Assembly (NCBI RefSeq): GCF_006345805.1
Contig: NC_042997.1
Coordinates: 148,366,001-148,430,000 of the forward strand
Reading direction: 5' to 3'
From: Octopus sinensis
Taxonomy: Eukaryota
DNA length: 64,000 nt
In this document: one piece after another, positions 38,291 to 51,830 of the stretch
Numbering within the stretch: the stretch's first letter is position 1
Layout: each line of letters begins with the position of its first letter
Program-made: the position numbers and the translations under genes
Notes under the pieces: model-generated
Told to the model about the DNA's origin: nothing
The model's database searches: none
What the model saw: the letters and a program-made list of their open reading frames with translations, nothing else

Positions 38291-39698
38291 GCACGTTTGT
38301 GTTCCTATGTGCCCCTTTGCCCCGGCTCGATTGTAAATATGTTCTTTAAATGAGCAATACCGTTAAATGTCTTATTTACACTGCCGTTGCTTCTGCATTA
38401 TATCAAACACCAATATATATTGATATATGTGTGCTAGTGTTTGTCTATGCATGTATGTTTGTATGTAGTGAGTGTATTTGTATATATTGAGGTATGAGAG
38501 ACAAAGAGAGAGAAGAAAGAGAGAGAGAAAGAGAGAGTGAGAGAGAGAGCGGCTAAGAAATATTGCCCTAAATTAAATTTGATCTTGTTCGATTTGGTGG
38601 ACAAACGTCGAAAACAAACATGATTTGTGACAAAACCGATAAATGTAATGTTAAAATGATCTATAGATAACACAAACTTTATGAAACTAAATAGAATTTA
38701 TACGTTCGGAAATTATAATATGATAAATAAGATGAATCAGACAATTACAAAAAAAAGTTATATCTAGAATTGGGATAATTTCTTCCAATTCAAATAAGTA
38801 CTATATAGTTTTTGAATTGTCAAGGTGACGAAAAATGTTTATTACTAAAGGTAAAATGGAGTAGAGACAAAGAATAATGAGTTTTTATATATATTAAGAC
38901 CGATAAATCTTGATTCTATCAACAATTCTTTCGAATTACATGGTAAGAACTGATAACTGAATTCCAATTGTATATTCAATTTACATTTTTAGAAATATAT
39001 TTACGTGAAGCAACAGAAAATTACAAGCTTCGATTATTTAATCATGGAGCGAATTTGATGCTAAGCTTTATGAAGTTTAAGTTTAAATCAAATATGAATT
39101 TTCTATCTTCGGATAACATTCTCTGATTATCAAATCAACAGAAACTCCATTCCTGATCAGAAGCATTATACATTTTAGTCTCCTTATGTAATGATTAAAT
39201 CGAATTTAAAGTAAGCTGATAGTTTTTAAATGCTCGTAGGTAGCCTTCGCAATTTAAAGTTTTATTGAAATATATAACCTGTGACATACAAAGTCAAGTA
39301 ATTATTTCAAAATCTCCTTTTGTAATCTCTGTAGACTCGGGAAAACAAATCATTGATTTCTTATCTCAGCCTCAAAGCATCTTTCTACCAATCCATACTA
39401 GGTGCCTAAATATATAGATATAGTAGAATAGATATTACGTTAATTTTATAATAAAATTACTCGCCTTGCCTCAATTTTGTGTTAGGAGATTTTAAACGTT
39501 TTTTTTTTGTATTTTGTACTGTCAGCTTATTGCATGATGCCTTTATCGAAAATCTAATATTGGACATTAAAAAACTAATTTGAGCGAGACGGATGATTGG
39601 CATTGCTACAACTGGATTACACAATGCACATCACCGCTACTTAAGGGCACGGGCTGGTAATTACACTCAAACCGGCACAAACCTCACAATGAGTATAG

Positions 39699-39755
<57 letters not shown>

Positions 39756-39829
39756 GTTGATGTATGTATGGTATGTATGTATGTATATGTATGTATAACA
39801 TATAATGTAACGAATATCCTGTTACTGCA

Positions 39830-41155
39830 GATATAGTGTTTACATTCATTATCGAACCTCTGGCAGCATATTTAATATAAGGTGCTTTGCTGCAAAAACA
39901 ATGGTATTTACCTCTATCATAAGAGACTTTTTGTATACAGATGATTGTGAGCTAGTAGCGCACACAGTGATTGATATGCAACACATTTTGAATGCATTCT
40001 CTGATGCTTGCACTGCCTTAAGATTGACAGTCAATCTCCAGAAAACTGTTGTCATGTACCAACCTTCCCCTGGTAAGCAGTATAGTGTACCAAATATCTA
40101 TGTGTATGGTAAATAACTTGATGTAGTTGATCAGTTTGTCTACCTGGGAAGCACTATTAATAGATATAGCAATTTGGATGATGAAATTCCATATAGAATT
40201 AGGAAAGCAAGTGTTGCTTTCGGAAGGCTAGAAAGGCGCCTCTGGAGTCGGGGATACATATGCAGAAAGACAAAGATAAAGGTGTGCAAGGCATGTGTGC
40301 TCCCTTCTCTTCTCTATGCCTGCGAGAAGCGGGTCACATATCGATACCAACTTAAACAACTGGAACGTTTCCATTATATATGTCTCAGGCGGATCTATGG
40401 CATTAAGTGGGAGGACCGCATCAGTGATCTTGAAATATTGGAAGGGTCTCGGTGCGAAAGTATAAAAGTTCTTGTGTTAAAGCAAAGGCTCATGTGGAGT
40501 GGTCATCTGGTCTGGATGAAGGATTCAAGAATGCCAAAACAACTCTTTTATGGAGAACGACCTCTACATAAACCAAAAAAGAGGTATAAGGAATTGCTGA
40601 AGGCTTCCTTAAGAGATACTTGCATATCTCCTGACACTTGGGAGGGCATAGCTATTGATTGTAGCAGGTGGAGAAGGATTGTGCATGAGGGGACAGCTAC
40701 TTTTGAGAAATCTCGAGTTGCGCATGAGAAAGTAAGGAGGGATGTCAGGAAGGGCATCCCTGTTACAATTCCAGATGGGAAGTTTCTTCCTATGATGCTG
40801 ATATGCAGTGTATGTGCAAGACCCTGCCTCAGTAAAGCTGGACTCAAGAGTCATCTTCGTAGTCATAAAGATAGACAGATGAGTGACAACCTGGCCACTG
40901 GTGGTGGTGTTAAACGCCATACTAATCATATCTGTCAGGCATGTGGAAGAAAATGTAATTCGGTAGGAGGACTTAAACGACATGCAAAGGTACATGAAGC
41001 CCAGTTACAACTACAGCCGGCTATTACCGAGCTTCCAATTCTGTACAAGACATCGTAGATCTTTAGCTGGGCTAAAAAGTCACATTCGATCACAGCACCA
41101 ATAACAGTTGAGTTCGTGCAATGGCCATGCTCGATAACGAGGGGGCAACCATCAT
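39830..41155 (+). mobile_element. RTE-clade (BovB-like) LINE, 5'-truncated: RT C-terminal half plus C2H2 fingers
   Basis: IRDFLYTDDCELVAH (YADD-type motif)..FVYLGSTI..DDEI.YRIRKASVAFGRL..LLYACE..RLMWSGHLVWMKDSRMPKQLFYGE; one in-frame TAA at about 40112-40114; short tail GGCAACCATCAT. Confidence 0.95.
40174..41058 (+). pseudogene. RTE ORF2 C-terminal open segment (294 aa) with two C2H2 fingers; a third finger follows in the +1 frame to 41104
   Basis: CSVCARPCLSKAGLKSHLRSH (40804-40866), CQACGRKCNSVGGLKRHAKVH (40933-40995), FQFCTRHRRSLAGLKSHIRSQH (41033-41098). Confidence 0.9.
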
Positions 41156-41167
41156 ATATATTTATAT

Positions 41168-41210
<43 letters not shown>

Positions 41211-41377
41211 GTATATACGTACTACAGACACACACACACTCACACATATATGTATATACCGTACTACTAGTCATTATCTTAAAGATATATATATCCAACG
41301 CTTATATACGTATATACACAAACACACACACACACACACATTTATATATATATCCTTTATATAGGATATATATCCTT

Positions 41378-41450
41378 TAATTGTTCCAGTCATTTGACTG
41401 CGGCCATGATGCAGCGCCTCCTAAAAGGATTTTGTTGGAACTAATTAACC

Positions 41451-41499
<49 letters not shown>

Positions 41500-41655
41500 G
41501 CGGTCTTCTTTTAGTTTTCGTCTATCATATCGACTCACAAAGCTGTCGTCAACCTGAGGCTGTAGCAGAATACACTTGCTATAGAAGCCACGCAGTTTGA
41601 CTGAACCAAGAACCATGCGGTTAAGAAGTAAACTTCTAGTTACGCAACCACTGTT
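41378..41655 (-). mobile_element. Family A SINE, decayed, interrupted by (TG)n
   Basis: TTGTTCCAGTCATTTGACTGCGGCCATG..TTTTCGTCTATC..GACTGAACCAAGAACCATGCGG. Confidence 0.75.
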
Positions 41656-44009
41656 GTACCTATATGATAGTTCAGCGAATGTTGTCTATATCCCGTCCGT
41701 TGTTTGAAATCTTACCTTGATATTTTTTCTTCCTGATGGTGAATTATGTATTAAAATTATGTATTATAATTATGGTGAATTATGTATTATAATGTTATCT
41801 TTTATGCATTAAATATACAGAATTCTAATTTTAAATCCTAAAAAAATAAAAATAAATTTGGAAGAGCAATTATATGTATGGAATACATCACCAAAATACT
41901 TGAATGGAAAATGTCATTTCCAGAAATATGTAGATTAAACTAAATTTTGCGTATATATGTGTGTAGAAAGAGGCATACGAATAAGCTATAATCTTCAAAC
42001 AAACCACTTGAGGATGTCAATCCACAAATATGATATTTATCCACCGAATACAGTATCGACAATTCATATATTCGATCCCACTGTTTGATACTAACGTTTA
42101 CACATACATATGTGTGTGTGTGCGTGCACAAACACACACACACACATATATACACACGCACCCACACACATAAGCGCGCACACATTTCCTATGTGGGTTA
42201 ACAAGGGCAGCAATGGTTTCATTTCGGCAGCATCTCGAAACAATTATTAAGCCTTGTTGACCCAGTATCAAAGAATGATTATCCGCCAATGCAGTGTTGA
42301 TCACTCATTCTCCAGTTCGATATTAGCGTGTATATATATATATATAATATATATACATACATACACACACACATATATTATATATATGCAGTAAAAACCA
42401 TAGTATATATTATACTATACGTTATAATTATACACACACACATACACACCCACGAACACATACATACATAGGTTAAAGTAGGCAAACAGATAATACAAAA
42501 CTGGAGATTGTGGAGGTAGTAGATATCTTTACCAGTTTCGTATTACATTACTATTTTTAGAGTGTATATGTGTGTGTGTGCGTATATATATATATATATA
42601 TATATATATGCATATATGCTTGGCATCTCAGAGCGATTGAGTACTTCGTTGCTGTTGCGTCGGTTTTACAATATGATGTAAATTGCAGAATTCAGCCGAA
42701 TTATTGGTTACATGAAACGTTTTAAAATTTTTTTTCTGTATTCCTAAATTTCCCTAATTTGAGTTAAAAAGTCAATTCCAGATTGTAATACGTACTGGTC
42801 ATTATAAAATAGACAAACATGACATATATCACCATATATGGAAGCATGAAAAAATATCTTTTGGATTTATATATATATTAATTCAAAAGTCTATAGTCAT
42901 AAAGGGGACTGAAAATAAATCTGAATTACAGGCCGTGATTTTCCCCATAGTATCCAGGATATAAGTTCTGGTAATCTTTTCTTTCTCTCGTATAATGCCA
43001 AGAGTTATTGTATATTAGGTAAATGAACAGGAAGATGATTGGATTGAACCTTGAATATGATAGCGACTTCCTTTCAGTAGGCCGAGATATGTGTCATTCT
43101 GAATATCAGAATCGACAAAATATAATTAATTTAACAGACCACATGTTTTGGTCTGTTAAATATCTTCTTTAATATCAATCCCTACACCTTTGCAAAAGTC
43201 AATATAATTAATACAATAATTTGTTTATTATTTTGAATTTTCTTCTGTGCTTTTCTTGGAAAGAGTTATTAAAAATCAAGTATTAGGGCAAATTGAGCAT
43301 GTTTTTTTTTGTTATTTTTACTCTTTGAAGTTTAATTCTAAGAACTTGTTTATGTTTTGTTAATTGAGTTATCAAATGAATTCAGAACCTAATGAATCAA
43401 GTCTTTTATTAATTTAAATAAATAAATTCATTAACAAAGGAAACATATTCTTTCATTTCCGAAATTACAAGGAAAGCCAAATATCGGTTAATGTAATACT
43501 GGATGAACCACAAAGAAAAAAAATGTTCATTCTACAAATTTGATGACCGGATGCCTGGAAGCACAAGGCATAAATGAATGATATGCATTGGTGACAATAT
43601 ACAACACAATTTTTATTTTTGTACTTCTAATTTTGATGCTAATTAAATCAGAACTAAAAGTATTTTATGTGGACAATTTTCTGCGGGATGTTTAATTTCA
43701 TTTTAAATCAGAGTGAAGATGAATGGAAATACGTCTCTGTTCCTAAATATTTACAGCAAAATATCGACATCGTATAGTGCTACCGTTCTTCAATCCACAC
43801 AAAGTTTCCGTTTTCGAATCCCTAATAATTTCCCTCGTTCAATAATCAGTTTGTTTTTGCTATTGGCTCATGAAATTCGTTTTAGGTTTTGAATTTTCTG
43901 TTATAGCTTGAAAATAAATGTTTTGGTGTATAACGTTATATATATGAATCGAATACATAAAAGAATCATCTCCACAAGCAATAACATTTGCTCAGACTTT
44001 CATCTAACA

Positions 44010-44439
44010 TCTCATCCTTTCCTTCCACTTATTTCTGAGAGGGTTGTGGGGGAATAATGCTCAAGCACGCCTTCCATCGGGTTCTTCCGGAAGCAACGGT
44101 CACCAGTTGATCATGCTGCATCCACAAACGATGCCAGTCGAACTTATGGATCTTATCCAACCATCTTACTTGTACTATACCCCGGGATCTCCTGCCAGTT
44201 GGTTTTGACCATAACATCTGTCCAACTATTCTTTCCTGAGTGACTTGCCGTAAGCACGCCTTCCATCGGTTCTTCCGGAAGCAACGGTCACCAGTTGATC
44301 ATGCTGCATCCACAAACGATGCCAGTCGAACTTATGGATCTTATCCAACCATCTTACTTGTACTATACCCCGGGATCTCCTGCCAGTTGGTTTTGACCAT
44401 AACATCTGTCCAACTATTCTTTCCTGAGTGACTTGCCGT
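44010..44439 (-). mobile_element. RTE-clade LINE 3' end containing a 189-bp tandem duplication
   Basis: ORF 44029-44217 KPTGRRSRGIVQVRWLDKI..VASGRTRWKA (GxRxRGRP..RW.D..DR..W pattern); units 44063-44251 and 44252-44439. Confidence 0.8.
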
Positions 44440-46079
44440 TTACTGTACTAAAACCGTAAGTAATATTGCATCTGTTGTGGGACACTTAACTTGTTTCTTT
44501 TACATTCGATTTAGTAACAAAAATCCTTTGAAGAAACACAAAAAACGTAGTTCCTAAAAACTCAAAACGTTCTTCTATTTACGTGTAGTTGTTACGCCAC
44601 TGACGCTAGGAAACCGGAAGTAAATATTAAAAAATTTCAAAGACGTAAATATAATGTAAAAAGCAATATAAAAATCAAACGAAGAACCTAACATATCCGA
44701 GGTTAAATTATTCACGCATCACAAGTATGGAAGCATACTCTATGTTATGTATTAGACATCCGCGCAGACGCACACACACACATATACATGTATATAGAGA
44801 CACGCACATACACACTCATATATATGTAGTTATGTGCGTAAAAGTACATTGGTAGATAAAAATGTGATATGTAATAATAAAACAACAGAATATTTAAGGA
44901 AAAAGAGCATGCTAAAATACAAATTGCAGTTAAATAAATACCAATACATATAGCATGCAAAATACCATTTCCATTGATATTGTGTTAAGGTATGTTTTTG
45001 TCGAAGTTCACCTATTTGGCAAACGTTTAAATATACATCTATATTCCTATAACGTTAACGTCTTTACACATAATAATCGGCTAAAATGCTACTGATATCT
45101 AACAAAAAAGTCATGTGTAGTAAAAACCCTGAAATCAATAATGCTGAAAAATATGAGACAGAAAGCGCTTATGTGTCTTTGGTCAGACTAATTGAATTTG
45201 ATACAGCTAGAAAAACAAACACAATAGCTATTACTGTAGAAAAAAGGTCTTGTATATGTACATCAATAATGACGTTAATTCTTTTAGTTACTAATTTCAG
45301 AAGAAGGAATATATTCTCAACTGAATACTCATCAGTCAAGACTGTTTATATCGGCATAACCTTAAATTGTATGAAGCAGTACTACCTTCAAGCTATCTTT
45401 TCTATTTCCTAATCTTGTTATATACTTAAGCATATATTTCTGCAGCCCTTATCGATTATGTATCTGCGTTGGGTGAGTGTTTGACTGACTTCTTGTTACT
45501 GTATGTATATGTGTGTATGTATGTATGTATGTATTAGTATGTATGATGTATGTATGTATGTATGTATGTATGTATGTATGTATGTATGTATATATATATA
45601 TATGTTATATATATAATATATAATATATTATATATATATATATATATTATCAATATAAACATACATACATATATAGTACACACACACATAATATGTATAT
45701 ACAAATATATTATATAGCCGTCACCCTCACATGCAGACATGCAAATATACAATCTTTAATCTTTCCCCTTCTCTTTCCTCATGTATACACGCAAACATAT
45801 ATACATACATACATACTATATACATACTACATACATACATACATGATATACATGCATTTACATAATTATATATATATATACATATTATATATTATATATG
45901 TATATATAGTATATATATATGTATATATATACATATATATATATATATATGCACACAGCAAACACACACGTACACACGCCTGCGCGCACACACATACACA
46001 CATAAGTACCTATATACATATGCACATATGTATGTAAATTGAGAGGACATCTAAATTGAATTCTTTTCTTGCGGGTCGT

Positions 46080-46490
46080 ATTTGACACACCTTTGGTCAC
46101 AGGCCAAATATTCCTTTTAGTTATTTCGAGTCGATTTAAAAAGAATCTGTTAACTATACCTGTCATATACGCTGGGCACTTTACGTATTTTTTTTATCAT
46201 TATCATCATTTGTTTTCGATTTTTACGCTGGTTGAAAAGTCGATGCATCTGTTTCTTATACAATTTCTAATTTATATTCTTGGCTTTATTTATTTTCACC
46301 ACCAATTTTGACGTATGATTTGTTAAAGTCCAACTGCTTTTATTCGAAGATGTATTTCCAGTGACCTACTACTACTTTTTTGCTGACGTAATGCGTGAAA
46401 TATTTTGAATTTCTTTTCTTCGGGGCATGAATTGTTTCAGTATAAATTTATGCGTCTCTATTTAGCATATGGTTTATCTAAATTTGGCAC
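46080..46490 (-). mobile_element. Possible decayed Penelope-like RT C-terminal relic
   Basis: Lysine-rich, frameshifted minus-strand segments reminiscent of the PLE RT-to-GIY linker; no intact motif. Confidence 0.3.
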
Positions 46491-46634
46491 AACTATGCGT
46501 TTCACAATCTATTTAGCTCTATCAAGTGTCTCTACACACGCACACACATATGCATGCGTGTGCGAGTATGTGAGTGTTTGAGTTTGTATGTATGTATGTA
46601 TGTATGTATGTATGTATGTATGCATGTATGTATG

Positions 46635-46677
<43 letters not shown>

Positions 46678-47868
46678 GGACGATGCTATCTGGAAAAAAT
46701 GTCAACGTTAGGCCATGTTAGAGTTCTTCAAAGAGAAGCAATAGAAACAAAACCAATATAGACAGAGTTACTTGAGCAGGAATTATAAATATAGCTTCAG
46801 GAAAATACACCAGAAAATCTCCCTTCATAATAGTTAAAATACCATATTTAAGATACATAATTAATATATAGTGCATTGGTAATATTCAATTAACCAAATT
46901 ATACAATCACTTAGAAGGCAAATAAACTACCTTTCTGGTGTTCAAACGATCGACCGATGAATATGCATCAACCCCAGTCCAGTTAAACAAGGATTATTGG
47001 TAATATATCCCTATATATATATATATATAGCTAACTATCCCAAATATGTAGATATACTCACACAGAGGCACACATAGTCTCTTTCCCCACTTCTTTCTCT
47101 TTCTCACTCACATACACTCACAAACTGTCGTAACTCTGAAAGGTGAAAATGAGCCCACCAAAATATATACATGTGGTCACACTAAAATAGCTGTACATAA
47201 AAACAGAGACACATATATTTGTACGTACAGAGTTGCCATATCTTCTATTATGTAATCATTTATATGAGTATTCACCAAACTGCTTGAACACAGAATCACG
47301 TATAAATATTAGTAAAACCAACGTTCCGTAGAAACACATGTTCATTTGTATCCATATACTGCTGTCTACGAGAAAGTTTCCATTGGAAATGGAGAGATTA
47401 TTCATTCTGCTTCAGTAAGTGGGTCCGATGTTTCAATAATGTTTAATAAATTTTCACAGACTTATCTATTTCTGGTTTAACGTTCTACGACTTAGTTTGT
47501 TGCTGTGCCATGAGGATAATGATAAAAGAGAAAAACGCAATTATAGACTTCTGACAAAAATTAATATGTCTACGTATAGTGTGAATTTGTGCGTGAGAAG
47601 AAAGAATGACTGCAAGAGGTAGAGAGTGAGAGAGAGAGAGTGAGGAGAGAGAGAGAGAGAGAAAGCAAAAAGGATAGAGTTACGGAAGCACAGAAATATT
47701 TGTGCGTTTGTTTGTGTGTAGACAGATATAGACAATATGATGGACACATCCACCTATCCAAAATTCTCACTCATGTTCTGTGTATACACACATATATGTA
47801 TGTATGCATACATACTAGTCTCTTAACACACAGCCACGCCTCACCAATGTTATATATATATATATCAT

Positions 47869-48298
47869 AGGCGTAGGAGTGGCTGTGTGGTAAGTAGCTT
47901 GCTTACAAACCACATGGTTCTGGGTTCAGTCCATCGCGTGGCACCTTGGGCAAGTGTCTTCTACTATAGCTTCGGGTCGACTAAAGCCTTGTGAACACGA
48001 ATAATAAATATAACTTCAGGAAACTGAAAGAAGCCCGTCGTATATCCCTCTCTATATGTATGTACATATCTATGTGTGTGTGTGTGTTTGTGTTTGTGTT
48101 TGTCCACCACCTTGCTTGGCAACCAGTGTTTGAGGAATTTACGTCCCCGTATCGGTTCGGCAAAAGACACCTTTAGAATACGCACCAGGCTGAAAAATAT
48201 AATGTTTTGGGGGTCTATTTTTTCGACTAAAACCCTTTAAAGTAGTGCTCCAACGTGGCCGCAGCCACGTCACTGAAACAAGTAAAATATAAAAGAAA
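47869..48298 (+). mobile_element. Family A tRNA-derived SINE, full length
   Basis: GGCGTAGGAGTGGCTGTGTGGTAAGTAGCTTGCTTAC..GGTTCAGTCC..CACTGAAACAAGTAAAATATAAAAGA. Confidence 0.9.
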
Positions 48299-48426
48299 GA
48301 ATGCATATATAGTTTACAGTTCCGTGATTATAAGGTCAAGACACACACGCACACACACACACACATGTGTACCGTTGGCGATTTTTTCCCTCTGTCTTCC
48401 CTTCTCTGGATCTTTCCTTCTCCTAT

Positions 48427-48461
48427 GTTTCCGACGAAGAGCTCCTCTCGAAACGTTAAAC
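48427..48461 (+). ncRNA. Minimal type I hammerhead motif within a Penelope-type terminal repeat (U4->C substitution)
   Basis: GUUU-CCGACGA-A-GAG(CUCCU)CUC-GAAA-CG-UU-AAAC: stem I GUUU/AAAC, stem II GAG/CUC, palindromic stem III ACGU. Confidence 0.6.
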
Positions 48462-48555
48462 CCTCCTTTCCTTCTTTCCTGAGCGTCCAATAATACTATA
48501 TTTGTTCCACGTCCTCGCGTTGTTGTATTTTTTTGTGCTTTCTTGTTTGGATTAA

Positions 48556-48592
<37 letters not shown>

Positions 48593-50399
48593 CAATATAC
48601 ATGCTGATATGTATAAAGAGTAAGAGAAAGTGAGATAGACAGATAGAGAACGATAGAAACGACAGATCGGAAGGAAGACCTGAGAGCATAAATTAAATCT
48701 AAACCTATATGAAACAAAACAAACGTAACCCTTCTCCATATTTGTTTTATTTGAAAATCCACATCCATGCGCACATAAGCACACACACACATACATATGC
48801 ACACAGACACACACACATGTACACACACATCCTAGTCGCCGATTTCTATTTCAACGATGTTACGAAAAATGAAGAACTTGTGTTTATAAATTTCCAACTC
48901 TCAAGTCTAATTAGTGTTCTGTTAAGTATATTTAGATTTCCAGTCATATAATTTACTAGACTGATCAATGTAATGTAAAAGAAAAAGAAATTCATGCTAC
49001 AAAACACAGACAGTATAAACGTTTTTACTGTAAACGAATGCTCTAACATTGGACTTAAGATAAAATCAATCAAATTATACGATAATTTAAAATAACTATT
49101 AATTTTAATTGCTACATTAAAAAGAATAATATGTACTTCTGAAAATTATTACTTAAATAATAATTTGAGTAAATCATTTTATTTTACTAATATGCAAAAT
49201 AGGTTATTGCTGTATTAATAATGACTGTTTTGTTGATCAAATATATTTATTTTGGTATTCAAATTAATTTTAATGAAAGTGGTGAAAGATGTTAAAAATT
49301 GAACTACTAACGTGGAAAGATATACATTTTGGTGTAGTACTTTGGAGCAGTAGATTCACTTCGTAATTCGCCTTTTTCTGATTGCGCATATTCTACATAA
49401 ACTGAAGGAGAATATTCAATTAGCAGTCCACATCCTGCACAATGGAAATAAATTCTTAGTCAACTTTTACTCGTGCATCTTCTCAATTATCAGACAAATA
49501 TTTACTCGATGCTAACTGATAGATATAAATTTATCTTTCTTTACCCATGTTGTTGTCACATACACATTAATAAAGATGGCAACAAACCTCGATCACAGAT
49601 ATAATAATAAATGATCTTCTTTCGTAATGATTCTTATCTTCTTGAATGGATAATGGGTGACGAAATTAATCCACGCGACTGCGTCTTTTAAGCTGAAGAT
49701 AATTATCAATTTAACTATTATTAAAGTTATATTTAATCCTGAATTATTTGTTTTGGCTGTACTTTACAGTTCAATATTACTGGACTTTACAATTTCCATG
49801 CTGAATATCATGCTGGATGTTATATCTGGATAAAAACAGAGAAATTCATATCCTTTATTCTTAGATAGCATGACATTGATTCATAAATTTTCTACCAGGA
49901 TTGGACCAACATCATTTTACACATATCAAAAGGACAAGGTGAAACGAGCATTTAACGGGCTAATGGAAACGAAAGCATAATTTATTTCTGAATGACCTTT
50001 AAGATGACATGACTTCACCGCCAAATTATCTATTATTGTGGATTCATCTAAGGAAGAAAGACTACCAAGATTAACTCATCTCTAGTCATAACATGCTGCA
50101 GTATTTGTTAACCCTTACTATTGCAGCCTTATTTAGTGGTATAAAGAGATTATTTTAAAAGTTTTATTTCACCATATCAAATTCTGTTGTGTTCATTTAC
50201 AAAACATTTTTGTATTTGCAATATACCTTCAACTTAACAAAAATGTTCGCATTTGTCATTACAAAAGAACATCTCCATCTCTTCCTTTTTACTTGCGCAC
50301 TCAGATACACACAAAGAGATATATGCATACATACAAATAACATGCACGCGAACATAAATAAACATACATATGTTTTATATATATCTTATACATAAATGG

Positions 50400-50545
50400 T
50401 AATTTCTCTCTGTCTGAACTATCTGTTTGTCTGTTACCATCTTACTGTCTACACCAGAGAACAAATCTTGACGAAACTTTGCATACATGTTAAACTAACA
50501 TCCAATTGAATCATAAGCTAATTGGATTTCAATAGAAAATTTATT
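50400..50545. mobile_element. HINE/DINE-like Helentron-derived fragment
   Basis: CTGTCTGAACTATCTGTTTGTCTG..ATCTTGACGAAACTTTGCATACATGTT motif typical of these elements. Confidence 0.45.
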
Positions 50546-51349
50546 AAGGGCCTCCAAGGTGAGTGCTGTAGCACATGTTTGCAAATCAATAACACCTCTA
50601 CTGATATAAAGTAAGGCCTCTGTAAGACTCAATATGCACTTCATCATGTAAACAGCGTGCGACTTTTCTGAGAAAAACTCAGCTTTATTAAAGGAAAATA
50701 ATTCTGCATGCAGCGCCCGTACTTCACGCTAAGGTCACATTAAACTCACGGCCAACTGCAGGATTGGTGGATAGGACATGGAACAATGTATTCACTAATG
50801 ACCTAGAACTTAGTTCACTATGAGATTAATTTGGTGAATTAAATCCAAATCACCATAACGTCTTAAACATGTTTGTCACGCAACATGAGATACGGGCACG
50901 CTATGATAAGCTAAGACACGCGATAACACTGACTATTTTTTTTAGGTATCCGGAAATCTATCTATTTGTCTAATTTATTTTACTCAGATGCATGTTCGTT
51001 TGTTAAAATAATATAGGGGCATTCATTATTCTCCCACTAATCGAATTAGTAGTTTGTAATATTTATTTTTAGCAATAAATTATTACCATGTACATGCCCT
51101 GTGTATTTTACGATAGTTGCAATGGCGTAGCGGATTACATAATTCTCATGTCACCGGTGTTAAATCATCTTAGAGACATGGTCAGGCGAGATAGGCCTGT
51201 TCATGATTCTAAGGTATTTTAACAGCCACGTTAAAGATATGAAATATATATACTCCGCTACACTATTGCAGCCAACAGAAAATACGCAAAGCATTTATAT
51301 TCATATATTTATTTAATAATATTTATTACAATAGAGTTGCTTTTACTTC

Positions 51350-51364
<15 letters not shown>

Positions 51365-51403
<39 letters not shown>

Positions 51404-51630
51404 TGTGTGTGTGTGTGTGCGTTTGTGCGTGTGTGTGTGTGTGTGTGTTGGGGTTACTCTAACTCCTTCCCCACCGTCCAACCGATTTTAATGATTTTTG
51501 GCACATAGGTAGATCACACGCCCCGAAGTTCAAATAAGGCCGGAATTTTTCGAAAACTCAATAATGCTCCGCGGGCATCAATTTTTGTGAGCACAATCGG
51601 GCGTTTGAGTGGAAATTCCCATAATGATGT
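51365..51630. mobile_element. HINE/DINE-like fragment with leading (TG)n
   Basis: (TG)n then CTAACTCCTTCC..CAACCGATTTTAATGATTTTTGGCAC, the reverse counterpart of the distal motif in the 13913 element. Confidence 0.5.
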
Positions 51631-51639
51631 TATTTTCCG

Positions 51640-51830
51640 GAAGCCTGACCGGGCGAGGCGTTGTGTTCTTGAGCAAAACACTTCATTTCCCGTCGCTCCA
51701 GTACACTCAGCTGGCAAAAATGAGTAACGCTGCGATGGAGTGGTGTCCCGTCCAGCTGGGGAACACATACGCCATTGAAACCGGGAAACTGGGACCATGA
51801 ACCTGGCTAGGCCTTAAAAGGGCGCATTTA
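51640..51830 (+). mobile_element. SINE fragment (family D, 5'-truncated)
   Basis: ACCGGGC..GTTGTGTTCTTGAGCAAAACACT..GCTCCAGTACACTCAGCTG core shared with the 54185 element. Confidence 0.75.
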
